Source: Candidatus Sulfomarinibacteraceae bacterium
GTDB taxonomy: Bacteria > Acidobacteriota > Thermoanaerobaculia > Thermoanaerobaculales > Sulfomarinibacteraceae
Length of the DNA: 64,000 nt
Assembly (NCBI GenBank): GCA_963796455.1
Contig: CAWCLO010000003.1
Location: forward strand, 128,001 to 192,000
Reading direction: 5' to 3'
Shown: positions 48,514 through 59,135 of the stretch, piece by piece
Numbering within the stretch: position 1 is the stretch's first letter
How the letters are laid out: the number at the start of each line of letters is the position of its first letter
The notes under the pieces: generated by a model
The model's input: only the letters and a program-made list of their open reading frames with translations
Told to the model about the DNA's origin: nothing
Databases searched by the model: none
Translations under genes and position numbers: made by a program

Positions 48514-50427
48514 GTGACCCGACGCATGCTCATCAACGCCCAGCGCCCCGACGAGGTGCGCATCGCCACCATGTCCGGCAAGATTCTCGACCGATACGAG
48601 GTTGCCGCCACCGAATCCGGTCTTTGCCGCGGCAATATCTATCGCGGCAACGTGGCCAATATCCAACCATCGCTCGATGCCGCCTTCGCAGATTTCGGCG
48701 AGGAGCGGGATGGTCTGTTGCGCGCGGCCGATGTGGTTCCCTCCCAGTACTACAAGAAACCCGACAACAAGGGCAAATACCCCCGCGTCGACCAGATACT
48801 GCAACGCGGCCAGCCCGTTCTGGTTCAGGTCGTGCGGGACGGTGTCGGCCGCAAGGGCGCCTTGCTGACTACCAACATCAGTATTGCCGGCCGCTATCTG
48901 GTTCTGATGCCCTTTGATGATGTCAGGGGCGTATCGCGCAAGGCCGAGGACGAAGAACGGGAACTCGTCAAGGATCGGGTGGCAAAACTCGAACTCCCGG
49001 AAGGATTCGGCGTCATTCTCCGGACCAACGCCCTCGACCAACCACAGAAAACGCTCAACCGCGATCTCAACGCCCTGCTCCGCCTGTGGAAGAAGATCCG
49101 AGCAGAATCCAAAACCGGCAAGGGCCCGAAGTTGCTTTACAGCGACCAGGACCTGATCGTTCAGGCGCTCCGCGACTCGCTCGACTCGTCGATTTCCGAG
49201 ATCCTTGTCGATGACGAAAAGGCATTCTCCAAGGCGCGCGGATACATGCAGACATTCATGCCGCGGGCGGGCAACCGGCTCGTGCACTACACCGATCGAA
49301 TGCCCCTCTTCAGCAAGTATGAGCTCGAGGAACAGATCGATCGCATCTACCAACGCAAGGTCGATCTCCCAAGCGGCGGGTCGATCGTTATTGACGGAAC
49401 CGAGGCGCTGACCGCCGTCGATGTCAACTCTGGAAGGGCCAACAAGGCCGGAAGCCAGGAAGAAACGGCCTACAACACCAATCTCGAAGCCGCCCGTGAG
49501 GTCGCCCGACAGCTCCGCATGCGCGACATCGGCGGTCTCGTGGTCGTGGATTTCATCGACATGCGCTCCCCCAAACACCGTCGCGAGGTCGAAAAGGTGA
49601 TGCGGGATGCGCTCAAGGACGACAAGGCGAGGACCAACGCCAGCCGTCTGTCGGAAAACGGCCTCTTGGAAATCAATCGTCAGCGCTTGAAAAAAGCGCT
49701 CCAGCTCCGCACCCACCGCGCCTGTCCGACCTGCAGCGGCACCGGCAGTATCGCCAGCCCGGAGCTTGTCGGGCTCAATATTCTGCGGCGGATCGAAACC
49801 CGCGCCGTGACCGGTCGTCTCGGTGGCGCCCGTGTCGAGCTGCACCCGGAACTTGCAGATGCCCTCCAGAATGAACGCCGCCAGGAGCTTGCAGCACTCG
49901 AACGTGAGTTCGATATTCAGGTGGAGATCATCGCCGCCCCGGATCTCCACCGCGCCGAAGAACGCATCGTTTGGAACGAGCGCTTGAAAAGCGAGGAGTC
50001 CACCGCTTCACCTGCGGTGAGCGCCGCCGATCTGGCCGAAGGCATGGGTCGCCAGAAAGCGCCGCGTCGAAAACAGAAGACCGAGGCAGCTGAGCCTGTC
50101 GAAGCTGCTGCGAGCGAAGACAGTCCGCCGGCCGGCGACAGCCCGAAGCCCCGACGCCGACGCCGGGGCGGACGGCGACGGAAGAAAAGCGCCAGTGCCG
50201 AGGCCGAGAGCACTGCCTCCTCCCCAGACAACGGCACTTCAAAAGACGCCGAACCGGCTCCCGCAGAGACGGAAGAGACAGTCGAGGCAAACGGACAAGA
50301 GAGCAAGACTCCGGCAAAGAAGAGTCGCCGTCGTCGTCCGAGGAGATCCAAGAAAAAGCCGGCAAAGACAGAATCTGCGGCTGAAGAGCCGCCGGCGACG
50401 CCTTCATTTGATCCCTTTGCGTATTAG
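48514..50427 (+). CDS. rne: Ribonuclease E/G family endoribonuclease
   Basis: GNIYRG S1 domain, TEALTAVDVNSG, RDIGGLVVVDFIDM, CPTC; disordered Arg-rich tail. Confidence 0.92.
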   Translation: MTRRMLINAQRPDEVRIATMSGKILDRYEVAATESGLCRGNIYRGNVANIQPSLDAAFADFGEERDGLLRAADVVPSQYYKKPDNKGKYPRVDQILQRGQPVLVQVVRDGVGRKGALLTTNISIAGRYLVLMPFDDVRGVSRKAEDEERELVKDRVAKLELPEGFGVILRTNALDQPQKTLNRDLNALLRLWKKIRAESKTGKGPKLLYSDQDLIVQALRDSLDSSISEILVDDEKAFSKARGYMQTFMPRAGNRLVHYTDRMPLFSKYELEEQIDRIYQRKVDLPSGGSIVIDGTEALTAVDVNSGRANKAGSQEETAYNTNLEAAREVARQLRMRDIGGLVVVDFIDMRSPKHRREVEKVMRDALKDDKARTNASRLSENGLLEINRQRLKKALQLRTHRACPTCSGTGSIASPELVGLNILRRIETRAVTGRLGGARVELHPELADALQNERRQELAALEREFDIQVEIIAAPDLHRAEERIVWNERLKSEESTASPAVSAADLAEGMGRQKAPRRKQKTEAAEPVEAAASEDSPPAGDSPKPRRRRRGGRRRKKSASAEAESTASSPDNGTSKDAEPAPAETEETVEANGQESKTPAKKSRRRRPRRSKKKPAKTESAAEEPPATPSFDPFAY

Positions 50428-50535
50428 GCTTTGGGGCTATGGGGCTATATGGGGCATTGGGGCTCAAGCCGACGGCTTCAGCGGCCTGCCATAGCCTCAC
50501 TGCCAGGCCGAGTCAGCGGCCGATCATAGCCTCAC
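50427..50535. repeat. Degenerate GGGGCTAT inverted cassette
   Basis: GGGGCTATGGGGCTATATGGGGCATTGGGG ... CCATAGCCTCA ... CATAGCCTCA. Confidence 0.7.
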
Positions 50536-50573
50536 AACCCGCTGACTCGATGGCGTAAAAATCCCCACCACGA

Positions 50574-51113
50574 CTACCCCTCATCCACGTGGGGAAACAC
50601 CTTGGTATCGACTCCGACCTCGTCGCCGATGAATTCGAGCGCCTCGCGGAGATCATCAACACCGAGCTGGGGCGGCACCCTGACCATTGCCGACATCGAA
50701 AAGAGCGGAGTGCCGCTCATCGGTGCCGCCGAAACTTCGGTGGTCATGGTCTCGATATTGATCCCCTGCTCGGCGAGATAGCGCGTGACCTGGTGGATGA
50801 TCCCCATGTGGTCTGCGCCCAGAACCGTTATGGCACACGGCACGGCCGATGTTTCTTCCGGTTCGGCGACCTCGCTGAGACGGGTGTGGATGTCGTATCG
50901 CGCATAGTGCACTTCCGCCAGTGCCGCGCGAAGTTCTTCAATTGAGCTCTCCGCCGCGGTCACGAACATCAGCAACGCAAAATCGCCACCCAGTCGCACC
51001 ATCCGGGTTGACTCGACATTGCCCTCGAAGCGGAGGATCAACTCCGCCATCTCGTCAACGACGCCGACCCGATCCCGCCCCGAGGCTGTGAGCACCAATT
51101 GTTTGCGCTTCAA
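50574..51113 (-). CDS. ACT-domain protein (GcvR-like)
   Basis: Two ACT repeats: GRDRVGVV and GADHMGII. Confidence 0.88.
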   Translation of the reverse strand: MKRKQLVLTASGRDRVGVVDEMAELILRFEGNVESTRMVRLGGDFALLMFVTAAESSIEELRAALAEVHYARYDIHTRLSEVAEPEETSAVPCAITVLGADHMGIIHQVTRYLAEQGINIETMTTEVSAAPMSGTPLFSMSAMVRVPPQLGVDDLREALEFIGDEVGVDTKVFPHVDEG

Positions 51114-51174
51114 TGATCCCTCCTCAATGAAGGCACCTTTCCATGGTATCTCACGCTGGATTGGGAAACCGGGA

Positions 51175-51463
51175 TGGGAAAGGGAGAAAGGGGGAAAGGG
51201 AGAAAGGGAGACCGAGTATTCAGCCTCGTTTGGGGCAGGGACAATGAGCTGGCAGCCCACTTTCAAGATGTCATCCTGAGCGAAGCGCCCTTGGCGCGAA
51301 GTCGAAGGATCTGCGGCTCGAGGTCTTTGTTGTCCACCTCATAGATCCTTCGACTACGCCCCCTGTGGGGCTCCGCTCAGGATGACATCGGGAGACGACA
51401 TTCACATACAGGAGAATTCGGTGCCGGGCGTTTCTCCCTTTCTCCCTCTCCCCCTTTCTCCCC
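51175..51463. repeat. Inverted (AAAGGGAG)n ... (CTCCCTTT)n cassette enclosing a TGTC-type palindromic REP
   Basis: Purine arm 51175-51212, pyrimidine arm 51430-51463; inner IR GATGTCATCCTGAGCG/CGCTCAGGATGACATC (51267-51389) with GTCGAAGGATCT/AGATCCTTCGAC. Confidence 0.85.
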
Positions 51464-51466
51464 AGC

Positions 51467-51498
51467 AAAGAAAAGGGCGGGGCCGAAGCCCCGCCCTC
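51467..51498 (-). terminator. Rho-independent terminator
   Basis: Minus strand GAGGGCGGGGC-TTCG-GCCCCGCCCTTTTCTTT. Confidence 0.85.
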
Positions 51499-51519
51499 GA
51501 ATTTCCTTGATCTGTTGAG

Positions 51520-52422
51520 TTATTTCGCCATCAACTTGATCGTACCGCTGAAGCTGGTCAGCGAAATGCTCGGGCCGCCGTGACCGGTGTTGAAGCTCAA
51601 CTCTTTCCCAGGAGTGTACTTACTCGTGCGTTGCGCCTCCGGACCGAACTCGTTTTTGATCGAGCCCGAGAAGGTGCTCAGATCGTAGGACGCGGGCGCA
51701 TTGGAGTCGACCAGGAGCGTGATGGTCCCGCTCATGGTTTCCATGTCCACATCGACTTCCGCGCTGGGCACCGCGTAGCAGTCGATGTTGCCCGACACCG
51801 TTTCCATGCTCGCCTCGCCGAGAGAACCGCCGTTGATGATGATCTTGCCGCTCACGTTTTCGGCATCGAAATCACCGAGGGCCGTGTCGACTTCGATTTC
51901 ACCACTCACCGATTCGATCGACGTGCCCGAGGGGGCGGTTTCCACATTCACCGAACCGCTCACCGCCTCGATGTCGAGACCTTCGGGTTGGCCGCGGACG
52001 ATCACCGCACCGCTGACGGTCTCGATATCCACCCAACTCGTCATTCCGGAGACCGAGATCGACGAGCTCACCGTCTCCACCGAAAGAGGTGAGTCTGCCG
52101 GCAGGCGGATCACGAGATCGGTGTTGGTGATCTGCTTTCCGTGATAGTCCTCGTCAAACTCGACTTCGATATGGATCTCACCATCCTCTTCATCGACGCT
52201 GATATCGAGTTCTTCCACCCCATCGCCAAGAGTGCCCGTCACTTCGAGCGTGCTGTTGTTCCAGGCTTCAAAAGTCAGCGAACCGGCCAGATTCTCGACC
52301 TGGATCTCGGCTCCGGGCGCCACCGGGACGCTCTCGTTGACCGTTTGGCCCGCCGATGCGGCAGCAGCGGCCGCAACAACCAGCACCATCACCAGAGTTG
52401 CCAATTTCGTCGTGTCTTTCAT
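51520..52422 (-). CDS. Secreted DUF4097 beta-strand-repeat protein
   Basis: Signal peptide; repeated ETVSG/EAVSG/ENVSG motifs. Confidence 0.88.
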   Translation of the reverse strand: MKDTTKLATLVMVLVVAAAAAASAGQTVNESVPVAPGAEIQVENLAGSLTFEAWNNSTLEVTGTLGDGVEELDISVDEEDGEIHIEVEFDEDYHGKQITNTDLVIRLPADSPLSVETVSSSISVSGMTSWVDIETVSGAVIVRGQPEGLDIEAVSGSVNVETAPSGTSIESVSGEIEVDTALGDFDAENVSGKIIINGGSLGEASMETVSGNIDCYAVPSAEVDVDMETMSGTITLLVDSNAPASYDLSTFSGSIKNEFGPEAQRTSKYTPGKELSFNTGHGGPSISLTSFSGTIKLMAK

Positions 52423-52453
52423 GCTCACCTCCACTCCCATTCGAACGGGATTA

Positions 52454-53110
52454 TTAAACTTCAGCTGGTAGCCGCACAGCGCGTTGCAGGAGACCGATCT
52501 GCTGCCGATAGGCGCCGGCGAGTTGTTTCATCAAAAATTCGTCCTCGGGGTTCTCACTCAAGGCCCCCGCAATTCGTGCCATGGCCTCTTCGATGACCTG
52601 CATGTTTTCGGTCAAGATCTTCTGCGTATCAGGCGACAATTCATGCCGCCTCGCCTCGAGCGCATCGAGAAGCCCGTCCCGGGTGACCAGGTAGTCGTCT
52701 ACTCCAAGCTCCGCAAAGGAAGCGAGAAGGATGGTTGATTCGTCGATTTCAATCGGCGCCGGAAGCTGGGCGACCGGCATCGCCTGATGGCGCCCGACCA
52801 GGTAGGCCGTGGCGACCGATGCCATGATCAGGAGGGCGGCGGCGGCAGCCAGCAGAGCACGTCGCCCGAATGAGGCACGTACGATTTTCGCCGATTCGAT
52901 CTCGTTGGCGATAGCCGGCCACAGGTCATGGGGTGGTTGCGCTGACCGCGGCATTCGATCGACCCGGGCACGCAATTCGCCCACCAACTCGATCTCGTCG
53001 CCACAGGTGGCACATCCACCGAGATGGTCTTTGATCGCCTTCGCGGTGGCCGAATCGAGACAACCATCGAGGAAATCGTCGATACGATCGAGGACGTCGT
53101 TGCAGTTCAT
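52454..53110 (-). CDS. Zinc-finger (zf-HC2) anti-sigma factor
   Basis: MNC...HLGGCATC, single TM; follows the ECF sigma gene. Confidence 0.88.
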   Translation of the reverse strand: MNCNDVLDRIDDFLDGCLDSATAKAIKDHLGGCATCGDEIELVGELRARVDRMPRSAQPPHDLWPAIANEIESAKIVRASFGRRALLAAAAALLIMASVATAYLVGRHQAMPVAQLPAPIEIDESTILLASFAELGVDDYLVTRDGLLDALEARRHELSPDTQKILTENMQVIEEAMARIAGALSENPEDEFLMKQLAGAYRQQIGLLQRAVRLPAEV

Positions 53111-53712
53111 GTTTTTAACGCCTTTCGCAGGAGCTTTCGGGCCCGGTGGAGTTGCGCCTTGGATGTTCCAACCGCCACCCCGGTGATCTCAGCGATCTCC
53201 CGGTGCCGAAATCCCTCGATGTCGTGGAGGACAAAGATCGTTCTCGCGCGATCGGGGAGCGCCGTCACTGCCCGTTCAAGATCGAGCGCATCTCCGGGCC
53301 AACCGTTCAAACCCTGGACTTCGTTCAGCACCGCATCGCTCACCGCATTGATCCGTGCCTCGCGCCGCGCCGCACTGCGTCGGTTGCCGAGCACCACGTT
53401 GACGGTCACGCGATGAAGCCACGTCGAGAACGCGCTCGATCCCCGAAAGGACCCCAGTTTCTGCCATGCCCGGACAAAGGCCTCCTGCGCCAGCTCTTCG
53501 GCCATCGAGGGATCGCCCGACATCCGCAGACACAAAAGATAGACCCTGCCGGAGTTGGCTCGATAGAGCTCCTCGAAAGCAGCCACATCCCCCCTGGCGG
53601 CACGTTGGACGAGCTCGCGGTCTGACGGCTGGTGGGAGTCGACAACGATTTTCGGCATCGGCGGCCTCACCGGCTCGGTCAACGGGTTCAAGAGCTGCGT
53701 TTCCACACCCAT
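53107..53712 (-). CDS. ECF RNA polymerase sigma factor
   Basis: GDVAAFEELY, QEAFVRAW, FSTWLHRV, GTSKAQLHRAR; start uncertain. Confidence 0.92.
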   Translation of the reverse strand: MGVETQLLNPLTEPVRPPMPKIVVDSHQPSDRELVQRAARGDVAAFEELYRANSGRVYLLCLRMSGDPSMAEELAQEAFVRAWQKLGSFRGSSAFSTWLHRVTVNVVLGNRRSAARREARINAVSDAVLNEVQGLNGWPGDALDLERAVTALPDRARTIFVLHDIEGFRHREIAEITGVAVGTSKAQLHRARKLLRKALKT

Positions 53713-53876
53713 TGAGATGCCGGAGGTGACCGAATGGTTGTACTGCGGAATCGGCGATCCCGCAAGGCTCGGTCCCCGGATCATTGTTCCGCCACATTTC
53801 TCACTTTGGTCCACCGGCTTCGGAATCTTCTCCACTCGACGGGGGTTGATGGCAGAGAGGTCGATGGAGGGAAACA

Positions 53877-54267
53877 ATGTACGACTCGGAAGCCCAAACT
53901 CGGGGGGTGGTGGTGGCTGTCAAGTCAAGCTATGTTCCCGAACGATCACAGCCGCTGCAACAGCGGTGGTTTTTTTCTTTACAGGATTCGGATTTCCAAC
54001 AACGGCCCGGACCCGGTTCAGCTTCTCAATCGCCACTGGGTCATCACCGACGCCAACGGAAATGTCGAAGAAGTGCGCGGTCCCGGAGTGATCGGTGAAC
54101 AACCCCAATTGGCACCCGGCGAGTCCTTTGAATACACCTCCTTCTGTCCCCTTTCGACCCCATTTGGAACCATGGAGGGCAGCTACGAGATGGTCACCGA
54201 GCAGGGTGAGCATTTTCTTGCCAATATCGGACTCTTCACCCTCAGTCAACCGATGGCGGTGAATTAA
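53877..54267 (+). CDS. apaG: ApaG protein, split by a +1 frameshift in a T7 run
   Basis: N-part MYDSEAQTRG...SYVPERS...WFF and C-part YRIRISN...RHWVITD...GPGVIGEQP...MEGSY lie in different frames. Confidence 0.85.
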
Positions 54268-54270
54268 CGA

Positions 54271-55185
54271 CTACACGCTCTCGGCGAGCACCGTCTCGAC
54301 ATCGTCTGGGTCGATCCATTCGATCGCGATGCCCCGCTTCTCCATGCCCCGGAACCAGGTCTGTTGCCGCTTGGCAAAACGGCCGATCGCGCGCTCGAGA
54401 TCGGCCTGCATGCGGTCGCGGCTCTTTTTTCCAAGCAGATAGGCTGCGACTTCACGGTATTCGAGACCGAGATCGTGGAGGCGCTTCGGCTCGAGACCGC
54501 TATCGAGCAGCGTCCGGACTTCATCGATGAGCCCTTCATCGAGACGAGCGACCAGACGGCGCCGAATTCTTGCCTGCAGCGTCTGCCGCTCGATAGCGAA
54601 GCCGAAGACCGAATAGGAGATCTCGAGCCCGGGCCCACTGCTCGACTCCACCGGGCCCTGTCGTCTGGCTTCGGCAATCTCGAGCTCACGAATCAACCTG
54701 CGGCGGCTCGCGAAATCGATCACCTCCGGGTCGGCCATCTCGCGACGGGCCATCAAAACCAGTTCATCGGTCGCCAGCCTGTCCAGGCGCTGCCGAAGCG
54801 AAGCGTTCTGCGGCACATCGACGATTCGATAGTCCCGGACCACCGATTCGACGTAGAGCCCGGTCCCGCCAACCATCACCAGGGGAATCGCCCCCGTCGC
54901 GAAGCCCTCTCGTTCGGAGAAAGAACGAAAAACCGAATAACAATCTTTTTGGAAACGAAAAAGCGTATAGACCTCGTCGGGTTCGGCGATATCGATGAGG
55001 TGGTATGGAACCGGAGGTGTAACCTGCGAGTACTCGTCGAGATCCTTGCCGGTGCCGATATCGAGACCGCGATAAACCTGACGCGAGTCGGCGGATACGA
55101 TTTCCGAACCCAGACGATGGGCCACCTCGACGCCAAGCCGGGTCTTGCCGCTCGCGGTTGGCCCGACAATCACAATGACTCTCAT
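54271..55185 (-). CDS. miaA: tRNA dimethylallyltransferase
   Basis: GPTASGKT, SADSRQVYRGLDIGTGK, VGGTGLY, FAKRQQTWFR. Confidence 0.95.
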   Translation of the reverse strand: MRVIVIVGPTASGKTRLGVEVAHRLGSEIVSADSRQVYRGLDIGTGKDLDEYSQVTPPVPYHLIDIAEPDEVYTLFRFQKDCYSVFRSFSEREGFATGAIPLVMVGGTGLYVESVVRDYRIVDVPQNASLRQRLDRLATDELVLMARREMADPEVIDFASRRRLIRELEIAEARRQGPVESSSGPGLEISYSVFGFAIERQTLQARIRRRLVARLDEGLIDEVRTLLDSGLEPKRLHDLGLEYREVAAYLLGKKSRDRMQADLERAIGRFAKRQQTWFRGMEKRGIAIEWIDPDDVETVLAESV

Positions 55186-56375
55186 TGCTCGAACTGTCCC
55201 CGGAGTCGTTCGTCGAGACGCTCCACCTCCGGCCGGTCCATGCCTGCCAGAAGTACCCCGTAACGCAGGGGACGGCCAGCGTCGAACCCAAGGGGCGAGG
55301 TGAGCAGGACGCCACACCGCCGGAGCGGATCGAAGGCATCGTCGCCCAAAGCCACGACCAGGTCATCGAACGACGAGGGCAAACGCAGCTTTCGAGCTGA
55401 AAAGAGACGCCAGTAGACCACCCTGTCCCGCCCCCAATCACGCCACAGGCTCTTTCCGGGGGCAGACATACAGCCGCGCGCGTTGATGTCGACAAGTGCG
55501 CGCAGCCGGGGCAGACCATCGTCGTCCCACACAAAGCTATCGATACAAACCGGACCTTTGTACCCGTCGCGCGCAAGCCGACGAGCAGCCGTTTTCACGG
55601 CTGTCCCGATCTTCTCGCGCCACGGCTCCACCGTTCTCGAATCGAGATCAAAGATCGCCCCGATAAAGGCGCCGTCGGCGGTATTGACGACCTCGTGAAT
55701 CTGCAATCCGTGAATCGATCCATCACCCGACACCTCGAAGACCGAGGCGAGATCGAGCACGCGCGGACGGAATCGTTCAAGCACGACACACGGGTTCTCG
55801 ACCAGCATTCCTTCGATGACGCGTCGATCGGCCTCGCTCAATGGGAGAGATCGGAGTCTGCGATTCCCCAATCCGGAATTCCCGTGCTCCGATTTGACCA
55901 TCCACTCGACCCCGGATGAAGGCTGCCCGGCCAGGAAATCCACCACTGATTCGACGGAGGTGAAAACACCGAGGACCTCTTTTCCATCACCGATCGCAGT
56001 CTCGACCTCAGCGGCAAAGCGACGTCCATTCACTCGGCGCACGACATCGAGAAGGGGATGATCAACCGGCTCCGCGTAGCGACGATTGAGCTCGGATGCC
56101 TGCAGATTCCAGCCGAAGGGCCTGAGAGTGGCATGCCGCCGGATCGATGGCGCAACACTGACCTTCGGATGCTCGATGCCGCAATCTTTGAAATAGCGGG
56201 CGAAATCTCGATCCACCTCCCGATCGAGGAGGATCGAGTCTCCGCCTCGAGCCAGGAGCAGAAAATGCCACGGCAATTCGGCGGCCTGACGCTCTCGCGC
56301 TCGCCCGAAGGGTCTGACGCCACCCCGACGCAGACTGAGGTCAAAATCCGCATTGATGAAATGCTCCCGGCCCAT
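55182..56375 (-). CDS. Uncharacterised ATP-grasp-like protein
   Basis: WMVKSEHGNSGLG, VLERF, GYKGPVCIDSF, DINAR resemble ATP-grasp motifs; ATGA overlap with miaA. Confidence 0.65.
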   Translation of the reverse strand: MGREHFINADFDLSLRRGGVRPFGRARERQAAELPWHFLLLARGGDSILLDREVDRDFARYFKDCGIEHPKVSVAPSIRRHATLRPFGWNLQASELNRRYAEPVDHPLLDVVRRVNGRRFAAEVETAIGDGKEVLGVFTSVESVVDFLAGQPSSGVEWMVKSEHGNSGLGNRRLRSLPLSEADRRVIEGMLVENPCVVLERFRPRVLDLASVFEVSGDGSIHGLQIHEVVNTADGAFIGAIFDLDSRTVEPWREKIGTAVKTAARRLARDGYKGPVCIDSFVWDDDGLPRLRALVDINARGCMSAPGKSLWRDWGRDRVVYWRLFSARKLRLPSSFDDLVVALGDDAFDPLRRCGVLLTSPLGFDAGRPLRYGVLLAGMDRPEVERLDERLRGQFEQ

Positions 56376-56539
56376 CGGCCCCAGAGTAACCCAGGTCGAC
56401 CTGACGCAATGTACAATGACGCCAGCAGCAACAATGGAATCAAGGACCTCGAAAACATGGCATGAAGCTGTGGTTGGGCGGTGCGCCCAGGTCGCATTGT
56501 TTGTTGAGCGGATCGTTTCAGCGTCATCGGGAGGGCATT

Positions 56540-59104
56540 TTGATCGGCAGCACGGTCTCTCATTACCGCATCCTGGAACGACTGGGCGGTGGCGGCATGG
56601 GCATCGTTTACAAGGCCCAGGACACCCGCCTCGATCGTGCCGTTGCGCTCAAGTTTCTGCCCGCGGAATGGGTTCAGGAACAACTTCTTCGAGAACGCTT
56701 CAAGCGCGAGGCACGGGCGGCCTCCTCCCTCGATCACCCCAACATCTGCACCATTTTCGACATCGGAGAAACACCGGAAGGCCAACTCTTCATCGCCATG
56801 GCGCACTGTTCCGGCGAGACCCTGAAACACCGGATCCTGCGTGGGCCGCTCGCGGTCGAAGACGCGGTGGAGATAACGATCCAGATCGCCGACGGCCTCG
56901 AGAACGCCCACGAGGCGGGCATCGTCCACCGCGACATCAAACCGGCCAACCTGCTTTTTGACGACCGCAAACAAATCAAAATCGTCGATTTCGGCCTCGC
57001 AAAGCTCGCCGGAGAGGCCGCCGTCACCCTCGAAGGCTCGGTGGTAGGCACACCGGCCTATATGTCACCCGAGCAGGCCACCGGTGAGACGCTCGACGGC
57101 CGCAGCGATATCTGGGCCGTGGGCGCGGTGCTGTACGAGATGCTGACCGGCCGCCGGGCCTTTGCCGCCGGACACGACCGCGCCATCCTGCTCGCCATCA
57201 CCAGCACCGACCCGACGCCGATCGACGATCTTCGTCCTGAAGTCCCCGGCGAGTTGCTGCGAATCGTCGGCAGGTGCCTCGAACGCGAGCCTGCAGAACG
57301 TTATCAGCACGCACGCCATCTGGTGGCCGAACTGAAGCGCTTCCGGGGCGAATCCACCCCCGCAGAAATCGTGACTCAAACGATGCCGTCCTCGATGGTC
57401 GTGCGCCGCCCGAGAAAATTGCGCCGCTGGCTGCCGGCCATCGCAGGGGTCGCGATCCTCGCTGCCGGGGTCTTTCTCTACCCCTTGCTGATTCGTCCTG
57501 CAAAACAACACCTTGTTGTCTTGCCCTTCAATTGTCCGGCTGCTGACGTGCAGTCCCAGATCATGTGCGTCGGATTGCTCGACACAGTGACTGCAAAACT
57601 CTCCGAGTTGAGGAGGTTCCAAGACTCACTCTCGGTCGTTCCGGCTAGCGAGATCCGCAGCCGCCGGGTCAACAGCGCCGATCTGGCGCACAAGATATTC
57701 GGCATCGATCTGGTGATCTCGGGGAGCGTCCTTGCAGAAGAAGAGACCCTCCGCATCCCGATCGAACTGGTTGATGCAATGCGCTTGCGTCAATTGCGCT
57801 CTCGCACCATCACCACCGAGAAGACGGCGGATTTCGTGCTCCAGGACCGTGTCGCGGAGGTGATCGAAGAGATGCTCGACATCGAACTCCGCGATCATGA
57901 GCGCAATGCCATGCAGATCGGCGGCACCCGCAACGCGGAAGCGGCGGAGCTCTTTCTCGAGGCGCGCGGGCGATCCAGCGACAACCCGTCGGAGAACCAG
58001 CTCTCTCAGGCAATCCGCCTCTACCGCGAGGCACTCGACCTCGACCCGGATTATGCGGAAGCCATGATCCAGCTGGCGCACTCGTGTCATCAACGTTATC
58101 TGTCGAGCCGAGATCCGATCTGGCTCGAACACGGTACGACTTATGCCCGGCGAGCGGTCGATGTGGCGCCGGATCTGCCGGCTGCGCACGCCGCCGCCGG
58201 ACATCTGGCTCTGGAATCGGGAGATCCCTCCTTTGCCATCGATCACCTTCAGCGCGCGGTCGCCCTCGATCCGCTGGATCTCGTGGCCTCGATGCTTCTC
58301 GCCACGGCTTATCGAGCCACCGGAGACGAAGAAAATGCCCAGGCGGTGGTGGATCGCGCCATCCGTACCGGTCCCGAGGACTGGCGCACCTTCTATGCAT
58401 TCGGCAAGTTTTTCTACAAGCGCCACGACCTCGCCCAGGCCGCAGAATACTTTCGCCGGGTCGTGGAATTGCTGCCCGATTTCAGCATCGGTCACACCGC
58501 CCTGGGCAGCACGCTCTTTTATCTCGGTGACCGCGCCGGCGCCCGCGAGCATCTCGAGCGGGCCTGTGCCATCGGCTGCGGTTATGAGGGCCTGAACAAT
58601 CTCGCGACCCTCGAGTTCTACGACGGCCGATCGGCCGCGGCCGCGGATCTCTACCGGCGCGCCCTCGATCTCGACGATCGCGACTACAGCGTCTGGAACA
58701 ACCTCGCCGAGGCCACGGCAGGCCTCGAACCAGCGCAAACGGAACGCGTTCAGGCGGCCTACCGGCGGGCCGCAGAGCTGGCGGAAAAAGTGCTCGAAGA
58801 GCGCGAAGACGATGTGACGGTGTTGGTGGACCTGGCTTCCTTCAATGCACATCTCGGGGACGAGGCGGAGGCTCGTCGCCTCCTCGAGCGGGTCGCCTCG
58901 TTGGACGTCAAAGACCCCAACATCATGGTTGCCCTCGCCGACGTATTCGAAAGGCTCGGCGAGCGCAACCTGGCGATGGATTGGATCAAACGCGCGGTCG
59001 AGGCGGGATACCCGATCCAGATCATCCTGGACTATGCCGGTTTTGCCGAGTTGAAGACCGACCGGCGATTTGAAGAATTGGTCGAAGCCGCCACGATCGA
59101 GTAG
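56540..59104 (+). CDS. Ser/Thr kinase with TM segment, TolB-N-like region and TPRs
   Basis: LGGGGMGIVYKA, HRDIKPAN, DFGLAK, GTPAYMSPEQ, LVVLPF, TPRs; TTG start after GGGAGG. Confidence 0.93.
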   Translation: MIGSTVSHYRILERLGGGGMGIVYKAQDTRLDRAVALKFLPAEWVQEQLLRERFKREARAASSLDHPNICTIFDIGETPEGQLFIAMAHCSGETLKHRILRGPLAVEDAVEITIQIADGLENAHEAGIVHRDIKPANLLFDDRKQIKIVDFGLAKLAGEAAVTLEGSVVGTPAYMSPEQATGETLDGRSDIWAVGAVLYEMLTGRRAFAAGHDRAILLAITSTDPTPIDDLRPEVPGELLRIVGRCLEREPAERYQHARHLVAELKRFRGESTPAEIVTQTMPSSMVVRRPRKLRRWLPAIAGVAILAAGVFLYPLLIRPAKQHLVVLPFNCPAADVQSQIMCVGLLDTVTAKLSELRRFQDSLSVVPASEIRSRRVNSADLAHKIFGIDLVISGSVLAEEETLRIPIELVDAMRLRQLRSRTITTEKTADFVLQDRVAEVIEEMLDIELRDHERNAMQIGGTRNAEAAELFLEARGRSSDNPSENQLSQAIRLYREALDLDPDYAEAMIQLAHSCHQRYLSSRDPIWLEHGTTYARRAVDVAPDLPAAHAAAGHLALESGDPSFAIDHLQRAVALDPLDLVASMLLATAYRATGDEENAQAVVDRAIRTGPEDWRTFYAFGKFFYKRHDLAQAAEYFRRVVELLPDFSIGHTALGSTLFYLGDRAGAREHLERACAIGCGYEGLNNLATLEFYDGRSAAAADLYRRALDLDDRDYSVWNNLAEATAGLEPAQTERVQAAYRRAAELAEKVLEEREDDVTVLVDLASFNAHLGDEAEARRLLERVASLDVKDPNIMVALADVFERLGERNLAMDWIKRAVEAGYPIQIILDYAGFAELKTDRRFEELVEAATIE

Positions 59105-59135
59105 GCGACTCGACAACAAACTGGACGGAGGACAA

